64,000 nucleotides of DNA from Bugula neritina (taxonomy: Eukaryota; Animalia; Bryozoa), in contig OZ037770.1 of NCBI GenBank assembly GCA_964035545.1, positions 10,050,973-10,114,972 on the forward strand. The letters run 5' to 3'. Each line of letters starts with the position of its first letter. Position 1 is the first letter of the stretch. Below are positions 13,801 through 25,738 of this stretch, piece by piece. A model generated the notes under the pieces. The model saw nothing but the letters and a program-made list of their open reading frames with translations, ran no database searches and had not been told where the DNA came from. Position numbers and translations under genes: made by a program.

Positions 13801-16800
13801 TACTGTACTCAGTCACCCACAACACGGAGCAGCTTATAAAACAAGTCCATTGGAAAACATCACATTCACAGCTGAATATAGAGAAATAACCAGCAACTTT
13901 TTCAAATATAAAAAGAAGAGGTAAGACAACTTATGCCAAACCCCTGACTGACCTTTGAACTCATCGGCCTGCTGCTCCACACTGTCTCGCACCATCTTCC
14001 AGAACTTAGTGGAGACGGCCATACTCATGTTCTTAGTGCTCATCTGAGAGGGTTTCAGGAGTTTGTCTCTGTGTAACATAAATACAAAGTATAGTAGAGA
14101 GTAAAAAGATAACCTAGATAATAGAGAACAAATATAATTAGCATACTGACTGACCTAAATATCTTTGAGTTCTTAAAGAATTCCTCCTCATAGTTTTTAA
14201 TACTCTGAATGCTGTCGTTCTGATTGCCCCGCCCCGTTACGACAGCGAAGTAGCCAAGAGCTTTCATGGGAAACAACCGGCCATCTAGAATTTTCTTTAT
14301 CTATAAAATGCCAGAGTAAAAGATTTAGAGCACACACTGATTAGAACATAGAAAGAATACAGAACCTTAGTGTAAAGTAGTACTGGGCATGTATCTTATG
14401 CAGTTGGTGTGCTAACAACAATGTTAGTCATTTCAACTATGCAACTCCACCCCTGATACATATCTCGTGTTTTGTAATTGCTTGATCTGATAAAATGTAA
14501 ACTATAGAAACATTCTTTGCTGCGAGATAGATTTGTTTATTGCACAGTTTAGGTGACCACACTGTAACACCTAGTAACCACACTGTAACACCTAGCAACC
14601 ACATTGTATCCCCTAGCAACCACACTGTAACACCTAGCAACCACATTGTATCCCCTAGCAACCACACTGTAACACCTAGCAACCACATTGTATCCCCTAG
14701 CAACCACACTGTAACACCTAGCAACCACAATACAACACCAATTACTAGGAACTATCTCTCAAAACATGCCTACCCTCTCAGGGTTGTGAAGGCTGGTTTC
14801 TGCCATGTCGACTTTAGTCAATACAAATATGGTTCTCTTTCCTTCAGAATCTATGGAGCTGACAAGGTCTGTAACATTACTTCTCTCAGCGTCTATGGAT
14901 CCATCTATAATAGAGATAAAATCATCCTGTGTGTATGTTGTGTGTGTGTGTGTGACTAACAACAGAACCCATACTTCTTATTCGCTATAATATAATATAG
15001 CAGAAATTATAACACCATTGTAGTATTCCATCACTGCTAGCAACACGATATTACATACTCCCTGATATTACAAAACATATCAGTAGGTATGTTACAGGCT
15101 AAGAATTGAATTATTGTGATAACACTACTCACCCTGTATGCAGAGTATAATAGCATTTGGGTTTTCCATATACTTCTTGCAGAGAGACTGTATGGATGAT
15201 TTGGTGTCGGTGGCCATTCCCGAAGTTACAGTCTACAAAAAAACAATGGATCTATTTATAGACTAAATGAGAAGCTATTTATAGCATCGAATAAGCATCA
15301 AATACATAAAAAATTGCAGAAGCCTCAATATTTTAAAATAGAATATGTGATAGAACTTTTGGATATATCTTTATATTGTTTAAAAATTTAGCAAACTATG
15401 AGAATATTCTATAAAAAAAACTATTTAATATCTAAAAAGATTCAATTTCAGGTTTAAGCGTAGAACATTGTACACCTACAATATACGTAGCATATTTCTG
15501 CAAATCTTTGTTGTTTATAAATCAATTTAATTATTCAAGTTGATGTAATCCTGTTAAAAGAAACTGAGGAGTATGTTCGGTTCTTACAGATATGACTCCA
15601 GGAAGATCAACCAGAACCATTCTCTGTAGCCCTGGGCCCTTCACAGTCATAGAGATTACATCGGAGCTGATAGTCTGTCCCTTGTTGACGCTGTTGCGCA
15701 TCCTAACCTCAACTTCCCGTCTTAAAGCTGCCAGCTATCAAAACGAACACATAGAAAATATAAAGAAGTATAATAATATGAACATTCATCTCCACCTGTT
15801 ACTTATGACAGGGGGGACAAGAAAAGAGAATTGATTATATTTTGCTCCAAAAAACACCAATCATCACAATGTTTCTGTAATTTTCAACCACAAATAAAGA
15901 AATCACAAGCTGCAATTAACATGCAAACTGTTCACTGCAGTTGAAACAAAACTTTGTTCCTAAATGCATTTATAGGACAACAATTCAGCAACGTTTATAA
16001 GAGCAGCAAATTCCATATTTTGGAGTTGTCTCGAATACATTGCAATAAGCTCCTCACATTGATTTACCTAATCAAAGACTAGAGCTAATTAAACAGAAAA
16101 AGCCTTTGCAAGAGTGGCTAAGGAAAATACAGCAGAAAGTGTCATTAATGTGCACATAGCTGAGTTCCCTGGAACTCATCCAAGCATGGGACGACCCGGA
16201 AACTAGTTAAACCGTACATTGTTACCTCACTTTCCTTGCCGAGGTCAAACTCGCGAGGGCTGTCCCTGAACTTAGCCACATGGAAGGGGCCTTCACTCAG
16301 AGTAACCATCACAGGTGACCTGGTCATCATCTCTCCTGAACCTCTCGGGAATATTCTAGCCTGTGCTATCATCTCTAGTACGCTAGTCTGAAGGGGAGGG
16401 TAACAGCGGGTAGTTATATACAAAGGGATACTCTAGGGCTAACTAATTATAGAGAAGACACTAGATCAGAAATATAGACTACTGAAGCTAACAATAATCA
16501 GACCTGCATATCTTGCTGTGTAGTTTGTTGGGTTTAAGAGCTTTTTAATAGAATGATGCGCTGCTTTACTAGTAGTCTATAAAATATTGTCTAATTGTAA
16601 TCTATATGTGACTTCTAAGTAATCTACTTGTAGCTAATTATAGTCTACAAACATTCTACTCGTAGCCTAAACAGCTAAACACTCGGCAGAAACAGACCTA
16701 GCTTCAAAAAATCCCCAACTCACATGAAATATAAAACAGGCCACTTTTCAGCCCTAATTAATCAATGTATTAATAGTAAGTATAGTATAGAAAGCTACCT

Positions 16801-19800
16801 TCCCGGAAGACTGATCCCCCACCACGACAACTCTGGGTAGGTGGTCTAAAGTGTCATATGTATGGTCATAGGTGGAGAGTTCATCCAGCACCTCTGAGTA
16901 CATGTCTATTGCAGACCTCCGCATTGACCTCCTGACCTTAGAGTCAGCAACAGAAGTAGAGCCAGTCTTACCGAGCAGCACCTGTCTACGCAGTTCCCTG
17001 TTCTCTTTCTCTAACTTGTCTATTTCATGTTGGTACTGTATCTGCAGATAACATTTTAGTTATTACTGTATATGCAGATAACACTTTAGTTATTATTGTA
17101 TCTGCAGAATAACACTTTAGTTATTACTGTATCTGCAGATAACACTTTAGTTATTATTGTATCTGCAGATAACACTTTAGTTAATATTGTATCTGCAGAT
17201 AACATTTTAGTTAATATTGTATCTGCAGAATAACACTGTAATTTGTTTTGTGTCCACAGAAAACAGTTGGTTTTGTATCAGTATAAGAACATTTTAGATG
17301 ACAAAACATTAAACAAGTTGGCAAAAACTGACAATTTTTGTATCTGAAGAAAAGAATGAAGTGTCAAGTTGTGAAAAGAGACACATACACAAGATGGCAG
17401 AAGTTGAATAAACAATGTTTAAAAATGCACAAACTGTCACAAGACAGAATATGCAAGGTGTCAGAAATACGCACACAATATGTCAGAAAGCATGCATAGC
17501 AAGTTTTAGGAAATATACACACCAAGTAGATGTAAAGTGCCAGAAAACATTATTTGACAGAAGAGAACATGTGCAAGGTGTCAGAAGAGAACATGCGCGA
17601 GGTGTCAGAAAGTATACACACATGGTGTCAGAAAGTATACACAAAAGGTGCCAGAAAGTATATAATATAGAATGTGTCAGAAAGTGTAGAAGCTCAAGTA
17701 TATACAAGGTGTCAGAGTATATATACGAGGTGTCAGAATATATATACAAGGTGTCAGAGAATATATACAAGGTATCAAAGTATATATATATATATATACA
17801 AGGTGTCAGAGAGTATATATACAAGGTGTCAGAAGCACATTACCTGCAGTGTCATCAGCTCATCCTGTATGTCTTTACTCTCTGCCTGTTTTGACTCTTG
17901 CCTTACGCTGCCGCCCCCAGCACCACTAGACTGACTGAGCGCAGTGTCACTGTTGGTGATGACTTCCTTATCTGTTGGTAGTAGAGAACAGTGAGGGTGA
18001 ACAATGAGGTCCACACTCTAAGTGCTACAGGGGGGGGGGTGGGGTGGGGTGAAAGAAATAGTTCAGTAATTACAGAGGGAACGAATAGAACACATCTAAA
18101 GACAAGTGGGTAAACTAATCCCAGAGATATGGAAACATCAAGTTGATAGCAAGTGTAGAACATTATCTACACTGAGCTGTACAATTTCAGAGGAAAAACA
18201 AATATTTCAGTCACACTATTATGTAAGCGAAAAATAATGTCTCAAAATTTAGCAAATCAAAAAGTACAATGTTCCCTCCATCTCTCACGGATCCCTTTCT
18301 CACGAAATTCCATGGGTCACGGCTTAGACCTTGTTTTGTGGTTTGTATATGTATGTGTAGGGACAAAATGGCCGAATTTGATGAATTTGTGAGTTAAATT
18401 TGGCATTCTACTATGTTACTAATTGAGGCTTCGAGACCCACAGCTGAGTGAGATATGAAGGGAGCAATAAATTCTCGAGGTAAGATAACTATCCTGCAGA
18501 AGACAAGCTAAAGGGGATAGAATTAGAGCTAAGAAGACATCTGTTGAGTCGTAGAAACCGCTGGTTGAATATAATAACACAGTTATGGATAGAGAGAGAG
18601 AGACAATCACCGCCAGATTAAACTCTAGAGTTTGTATTTAACGAACCTGTAAACTTATGAACAGATGAAATATTGTCTTTACCACCCAACAGATGAGCCT
18701 CGGGACCTGGGAATTAGAAACGTAGGCTAAATAATACTGCAGATTAATTAACAGGCTGGAAACAAAAATACAAACAACACAACAGATAACATGCAGTACA
18801 CACCTGAGAGGTGAAGGTCCTTGAGTGCATCTCTTAAGGAGTCTTTTCTTTCGTTCCAGGTTTGGATGAGGGTAGGGGGCATCCAAGACTAAAATAAACC
18901 ATAGCTGTTCACCTAGACAACTCATTTAGATCAATATGGATAGATATTGGCAAAAGAAGGCTAAATTTAGAGATATCTGGTTAAACTAAATTGAAAACAG
19001 TCATTGGCGCACAGACATTCTGCTATAATGAAGCTGAGGGGGCATCCAAGACCAAAATAAGTACAGTTGCTAACATTATAGGGCACTAGGAGAACAGATG
19101 AATAAACATCATATGACAGCCTCAATGATATCGGTGTATACTGGTCTACAATGTTGACTTGACACACGAGTTTCATGACATGAGCTGCAAGTCTTTACAC
19201 TGCATGGTGACAGGAACAGTCCTTAGCTGGCCTATAACAACTGCTACCATTAGGTTTCTTAGAGGGATTGTAACTCCAAAAAAATGAATTTTATTCACTT
19301 TATACAATGACTACCTATCAATCAAAATTCAAACTTTTAGTGCCATTTATAACTGCCCAACATAGCATAAACTTAAAAGTATTGTGTAATGAAACTCTAA
19401 AAGCTTAAAAAGTACAGACGGGTGAACTAATATTGATTATCACCGAAATTGCAAGTACAAAAAAAGCTTCTGAAAGAGCTAATAATGATGGAAGAAGGTT
19501 AGTTTATCATCCGTAAATACTATACTTCTAACATTCATAAGCATTATTGCTTTCAAAGAACAAATTAGACATGCACAAATGAAATGACAAAAATAAAAGA
19601 TGGAATAAAGGAAACAATTGGCTCACAAAATGTAGCTATAATAATGATTTTTAAGTTCAATTCAACTGACAAGACTATCACTATGATTCAACTGACAAGA
19701 CCAATGAATAAACAGAAAACACTCACGGCATCCGGTAAAGAAAGACCTTTCTGCATTCTGGCAGCAGACTTCTTAAAGTCAGCCCAATAATTAGTAAACC

Positions 19801-21124
19801 TCTCACTGATCAGTTGACTCTGTGGAAAGTAAGCTTTCAGCCACTCTGTATCTGGTAGCTTGTCTTTCCACTCTTCATATCTCTGTGGAACAAAGACCAG
19901 AGTTGTGAGATGATCATCTGATTCAATGAATGAGTCACATGAGTTGAACACAAAATAAAGCTGCTAACACGACCGTGGCTTTTACTTTTATTAATACGAC
20001 AAACTTGAGAAAAATGCCAACAAAATTCATTTCATGATATGAAGTAAAACCTGAAATCATTACAAGAGAACAGTTGGCGATACACAAAACTCTTGCAAAC
20101 TAAAATTGAATGTTGAAATTATAAAACCTATTCCGGACTTTTGTTCAAAAGATACAAAGCAGTTGCAAGAGCTACAGTTTAAAACAGTTAAATTACGGAA
20201 ATAAAATGGAGGTAAACGGCCTTGACATCTATTGCTAGGCAAGTGAATATCGGCAAATTGACTTCCACTTCTTGTTATAGGTTCTAGACAATAATTCATT
20301 TTAAAAAATACCATATTGATATATAATACTCTCACTAAAGGTCTGTGCAATTTAATACTTGAATTTGAAATATATCTTTTGTCACCTACTGTATTTTGTA
20401 TAATGGCAAATAGAAATATGCTGAAACTTTTCAACAGCCATCAACATATTAGAAAAGTAAATTCAAGTTTATAGAAGAACAAAAGCTAGTAGATATTTTA
20501 TGCTAAGTAAAATCATGCCTAGATGTTACTTTCTTACATAATCATAGACTGTGTTTTATCCATTAAAAATAGTATTTTTGCTACCATCAGCAAGTCTCAA
20601 GCGTTTTTCTAATACACAAGTAGCAGAAGACTTTCAATTATAAAACCAAGAAAGGACGGGGAACGTACCTTTTGAGCAGCCACTCCACCCGTGACTGTAC
20701 CACCCAACACCAAATATCTCGGTCTAAGCAGTCGCGGCAAATTCCGGACTATGATGCTAACAATGGTTCTTCTAGCAGTTAGACTGAGAGGATTGTACTT
20801 TGATGACGGGCCTGTGAGCACGCCCCCATCTATGTGTCGGTGCAGAACTCTGTAGTTTCTGGTAGAGTTGTTCGCCAACTTAAATCGAGATTTGGCAAAT
20901 GCCAATCTTAGTTTTGAACTGAAACAAACAGCTATGTGTAGACGACTGTATTGAGTATAATGTCTGTGGCTGTATTCAATAGATTTTTTAGTTAATTTTG
21001 ACAGAAATATATATTGAGATGATGTGGTATAAGAAATTGAGCCTTCACTGACAAGATGAGCATAAATCATCCCAAAACTAAAGATTTCACTTGGCTTTAT
21101 TACACACCTTATCCCATGCAGCAT
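7860..21124 (-). CDS. OPA1: Dynamin-like 120 kDa mitochondrial GTPase OPA1
   Basis: Phase-consistent exons (high to low): 21124-20669, 19882-19727, 18888-18804, 17971-17844, 17041-16799, 16387-16226, 15734-15588, 15232-15133, 14904-14774, 14300-14155, 14068-13953, 13530-13389, 12652-12560, 12309-12211, 11865-11763, 11209-11056, 10718-10498, 9910-9788, 9217-9124, 8322-8212, 7927-7860. Motifs: basic presequence plus TM ([12 protein letters not shown]), [57 protein letters not shown]-terminal [24 protein letters not shown]. Confidence 0.97.
8465..8560 (+). mobile_element. Degenerate SINE body fragment
   Basis: ATGTCAGGAAGAG...CTCCTGTGCCACA...AAAAAACCCTTTCCAT matches the body of the SINE family. 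An inverted tail fragment (CCCTGTGAGAACC) lies at ~8390. Confidence 0.45.
9302..9495 (+). mobile_element. tRNA-derived SINE copy
   Basis: Aligns by eye to 42092-42290 (GCAGCCGTGGTCT..., GATGTTAGGAAAAGCATCCAGTCATAATTGCTCCTGTGCC, GGGGGTTCTCACAG). Confidence 0.72.
9918..10045. repeat. 18-bp minisatellite (GAAGTCACACAACTATAT), ~7 copies
   Basis: Seen directly; abuts the OPA1 acceptor at 9911. Confidence 0.9.
10432..10492. repeat. 20-bp repeat (core AGAAGGCGGTACTAA), 3 copies
   Basis: Seen directly; abuts the OPA1 donor at 10497. Confidence 0.8.
11270..11360. repeat. Degenerate ~19-bp repeat (TGTATGTAGAGGTCAGTT), ~5 copies
   Basis: Seen directly; ~60 nt from the OPA1 acceptor at 11210. Confidence 0.7.
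13700..13848. mobile_element. Second copy of the palindromic MITE family
   Basis: CTATAAGCAGCCCCGAGTTGG...AACTCCAAACTCAAGAACCCCAAACTA...GCAGCTTATA has the same arms as 40577-40727. Confidence 0.7.
14556..14730. repeat. 21-bp minisatellite (ACCACACTGTAACACCTAGCA) with two alternating variants, ~8 copies
   Basis: Seen directly; ~45 nt from the OPA1 donor at 14773. Confidence 0.9.
17034..17240. repeat. 30-bp minisatellite duplicating an OPA1 splice acceptor, ~7 copies
   Basis: The unit TTATTACTGTATCTGCAGATAACACTTTAG contains the acceptor/exon start TATCTGCAG|ATACAG on the - strand. Confidence 0.9.
17560..17835. repeat. Degenerate ~21-24-bp repeat (TATATACAAGGTGTCAGA)
   Basis: Seen directly; abuts the OPA1 donor at 17843. 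Confidence 0.85.
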
Positions 21125-21639
21125 AAGTTGTAGATAAACTTAGTTGCTAATAAATGTTTTACCTTTTTATATATCGCATTGTGTCAATCAGTCACTGTCA
21201 TAGTAACTCACAGCTGCACAACTAAAGCATGTCAAAACTCTGCAAATACACAATGCAGGCAACATGTTAGAAAGTAAGATTAAATGTGAAAATTAGTGAT
21301 TTACGCTTTGATATAAAATCAAATTACCAGAAAAAACCTTTCAAATTCCATATTGAAAAACATTGCCCACTTATAGCAATTAAATGACTCAGAAATTACA
21401 TTAAAACTCATTTGAAGCCACAAGTTGTATCAATACAACACTGAGTAAGTAAGTTTTATTATATGTTTATATTGCAAACACTTTAACTTATTGAACACAA
21501 CAAGGCTTGTTGAGCAGAAAAAAAATTGAAAAGAAAAAGTGAAGAATTTCATTACAGCAGTATTAATATCAGTAACCGATAGTAGTAGGCTATGTGTATA
21601 AAATCGACTTATAGCGATTTTAATTTTATGATCCAAGTC

Positions 21640-22280
21640 TGACTATCATTATGATTATGACTTATGAGTAAAAGTACTAGTAAATTTTTAATTACTAAGT
21701 AAGAGGAAAACAAATACCAACATCAAAATTAAAATACCAATGTGAAAATAAACAGCATACTCATATTTATAATAGCAATACTGATATTCATACTGATAGT
21801 GAGGCACATAGTGACACTCACTCTCACTGTAGCTGTAGGATTACTATTAGGACACTCATACAGTCATACTGGTAAACCTGAAGTTAAAGTAAAACTAAAA
21901 GTTTAAAAAATTAGCACAGCATTACATTTTGAATTTGATTTACTATTACGTATTAGTATTACTATTAGTATTAGTATTACATTTACTATTAGTATTACTA
22001 GTATAACTATAAGTATTACTATTAGTATTACTATTACTATTAGTATTACTATTACTGTATTACTATTAGTAATTACTATTAGTATTAGTAAATTACTAAT
22101 ACTAATAGTAATAGTAATTAGTATTACTCATCAATTTGAATCTGAATTACTAAATCTAATACTACTACTAGTGGTAGTAGTACTACTACTAGTACAGCAG
22201 TAGTATTAATATTAGTATTAGTATAACTATTACTCATTTACTCATTACTGAGTATTAGTATTACTATTACTATTAGTCTT
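21640..22280. repeat. Low-complexity 3/6-periodic tract (TATTAG/TATTAC) 5' of the OPA1 coding start
   Basis: Seen directly. Confidence 0.8.
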
Positions 22281-22539
22281 AGACAGTGATACAATAACTT
22301 TATTGAATAACAACTTGAACTACAAGTACAAAGCTAAAATTAGAGCCCGTGCCTAAAAATCATAAGAAAAATTAAGGTGTTTCACAATAGGTTGAAACTA
22401 ATCAATTATTACATTTACTGAAGTACTTATTGGCAATTAAACCGTATTAGTAACTAGCTACTATTTTGAAAATGATGAAGGTCCCAGCTCTAATAACAGT
22501 GCCTTTACTTTTAGGTTTCATCACTGTGAGAACATCGCT

Positions 22540-22672
22540 AAAAGCAGCACCAAGTTAGGAGCTACTGAGTACAGTATTTGAATACACAATACTCATAGCG
22601 GTCCGAATTTCAAACTCCAAACTCGATAACCTTAACTCATTGCACTTTGTTACCTCTAACTTGGAGCGGTTT
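22540..22672. mobile_element. Degenerate third copy of the palindromic MITE family
   Basis: AAGCAGCACCAAGTTAGGAGCTACTGAGTACAG...TTCAAACTCCAAACTCGA...TAACTTGGAGCGG resembles the 13700 copy. Confidence 0.45.
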
Positions 22673-25009
22673 CAAGTCGTTTCAATATGTTAAATGTTGT
22701 AGCGTAACCTCCATGTTTGTGTTATTACTATGAGGGGTGGGTCGCAAACTAACTACTAACTGCGACCTCTTTCTGCTTTTTGAAACTTTTTCAAATTACG
22801 CATTAGCACTCATCATAGAGTTATCTTCTTTTTTACACAAATATAACTACGATACACATAAATATCATTATGGTATTATTATCTTTCTGTCTCTGTAGTC
22901 TATATATTATTATATTATACAGAGACTGTAAACATCATAATATTATTGTGTTTCTGTTGTTATTTATATGGTATATGGAGAGCTTTAGTGTACAAATTTA
23001 ATGCTCAAGTTTCTTAAGAGAGAGATTAGGCAACTCTGTAAATCCTAATTCTACATTTTATACATGAACTAAAAATACAATTTAAAAATATTGATCACAC
23101 AGGTAACTTTTCATCCTTTTTGTACTGTAACTATCGTGGCATATTGAATTGCTACAACTGCACTTAAAATAGTGTTCTTGTGGGCTATAGCTTACTTTAT
23201 TCAACAAACACCTACTGTTGACATTTATAAAACATAACTATTACATAACCACAATTTCAATTGTGTGACTGCTACTGATTTACTACAATACCTAAATTCC
23301 TATGATCGTGCTGAATGGAAGCAAAACCTCCATACTGGAGGCAGACATTTGACTCAGATAACAACATTAAGAGTCTTATGGCTAGACATGCAAGACACCA
23401 GCACTGAAGATGCTATTCACTGTCAACACTGACAGACGCTTGCCAAACACACTACAATACCATATACAATTTATGGGGTAGGACTACATAGTAATATTAT
23501 TGCATAACCACTGTTCTCCCTTGGTTATAAAGCCATTAACACCTGCGTAATTATACCCCTCCCCTTGATCTCAAGATCACAGCATGGACATAGAATTTTT
23601 CGCTGTAAAATTCTGCCAGCCATTTGGGTGGTCTCCCTTCCCTGATTGGAATACTCTCTTTTTCCTCATTGAACTTATCAACAGCATATCATTCTCGGCA
23701 TCACAGGAATGACTGGCATTGATTCGATGGTTTCGTTCAACTATGCCATTGCCTGCTTGTCAGTATGCACAGCAAAACACCAGTGATACACTCCAACTAG
23801 TCATAATGCTCTTTATACTGTCACTCTTAAAGCATGGCCCATAGTGGTATATTATTATACTCACATAAAATGTTCAAAATAATTGTTCATAAAATGTACA
23901 GAATATGATTGCCTAATCAAAATAAGCCAATCATTAATTTGCAAACTAAACCAGCCAGTTGACAAGCTAAGCCAGAAAGTAATTTAGACTATGTTTGTGT
24001 GAATTCCAACCATAAAATGGTTTGCTTCCAGCTGCAATTATTTACGAAGTACAAGATAAGTCATATTTTTAACTGAAAGGACAACTCTAAAATATTTGCA
24101 TATATTTTTTTCAAATAAATAAAAGTAGTATACAAGAGCTTGAAATCTCACCAGTGCCTAAATGAATAAGTATTGAACATACTCTAGACAAAGAACTATT
24201 TATGCTATAGTTCAAATAACATCTCTTTAATCACAAAATCACAAACAAAAGCATTGTAAAAAGATTTAAAATGATCGGCTGTCACTAAGATGCATTATGA
24301 CACAAATACTCATATACCAGCAATGCAATAAATATGTATGTTCATTATATTTATAGTAGTACTAAGAGCTTCAATACAACAGCTAATCCCTATAAATATA
24401 AAAACAATGTATTCTCCTAATTAAACCATTTCAAAATGAATTTTAAGTAGTCTACAAATAATGTTCCATAATCACCAGTATGTTGTAAATAATAGTTTAC
24501 TGTGTAATAGCCCAAGACCTCAAAATAGTTTTTTCAAACCATGCAAGTTCACATAATTATCGAAAAATCATAATTACATATCAGCTGGCTTGAATATAGG
24601 TATAACAAAAATGCTGAAAAGAAATCAATATTCATAATGATTAAAATAAATCATGCATCCTTGAAATTGTGAGCAGGTAATTATAACTGGTCAACAAACA
24701 AAAGCAAAGGTGAAACAGTCTGCAGCTGCTGCATTATTATAACATCAACACAATAGTTTGCTTTCAACTTCATTTTCCTTCAGCAGCTTGCTTAATGTTG
24801 TGAAAAATATTTGTGAAACAACAGCAAGGTAAAAAAACAGGTTGGTTTTAGTTTCAAGTTATAGTACATATATTATTATTTCACTTTTAGCTATAAGTCT
24901 TCTATAATCACATTTTTTCTATAATTATATTTACAAGTCATGTTTTTAACTTGGAAATGTATGAGGGCATCACAATTTTCTTGCAGTCGTGATGCTGTCA
25001 TCCACCTGG

Positions 25010-25511
25010 CTTAAACTGGTTTCATCCCAGATAGACGCTACTTTTTATTTTGGTGCCACATAATTATATAGCAATATACTTATATATACATATATAACTG
25101 TTGCATTGATTGCTAAATAGCTAAAATGCTAATAGCTACAATAGCTAACATGAATTATCTCGAATAATACGCTAATTTTCATAGATTTGTGTGAGACAAA
25201 AAGACAGTGATATATTAATAATAAACAGTATCTTTAATTAATGAATACTCATTGACAGAATATCTGCTCAAACAAGAAGCAAAAAGTATGTAAAATTATT
25301 ATGTTAATGCAGATCAAAGAAATTTATTTATGTGCTCAATACATGCTTTATTTAAATATACATATTTTTAAATAATATTCAAATAAATTGTACATGAAAT
25401 ATATATTGTATAACAAATATAAATAAATATCGTCTAGCTGAGAAGTGTCCAAGTGGGAAAATTAGCCTAGCGTCTAAAAGGGAAGCGTTTACCTGGGATG
25501 ACACCGTTTAA
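25010..25511. mobile_element. Possible ~500-bp TTAA-flanked MITE upstream of the sulfotransferase
   Basis: Imperfect TIRs TTAAACTGGTTTCATCCCAGATAGACGCT and AGCGTTTACCTGGGATGACACCGTTTAA. Confidence 0.4.
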
Positions 25512-25738
25512 ACTGTAGCTTTGCACAAAAGTTTGCATAATTTACATTTTAATTATTTATTATATACTGTCAGCTTAGTTTCAATTTACTGCAATAAGCA
25601 CCATATCAAATTACTGCAGTATTGCATTTTGTGTTTAAACGTACACTCAGAATATTGCTATTAATACAGTATAAATTCGATATACTTTTAGCATTAAAAC
25701 TGAGACTAAATTAACCAAAAGACAGGAGCATTAATATA

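Noticed and set aside
14437-14959. Repetitive ORFs (WLLGVTV / PSNHTVT), and similar ones at 9863, 17415, 41398, 51548-51851 and 58403
   Set aside because: They are translations of minisatellites or microsatellites, open on several frames, with no independent evidence of coding.
18420-18493. Possible extra OPA1 exon (acceptor cttctgcag at ~18494)
   Set aside because: Entering in phase 1 from exon 18804 gives an immediate stop, and no compatible partner exon was found.
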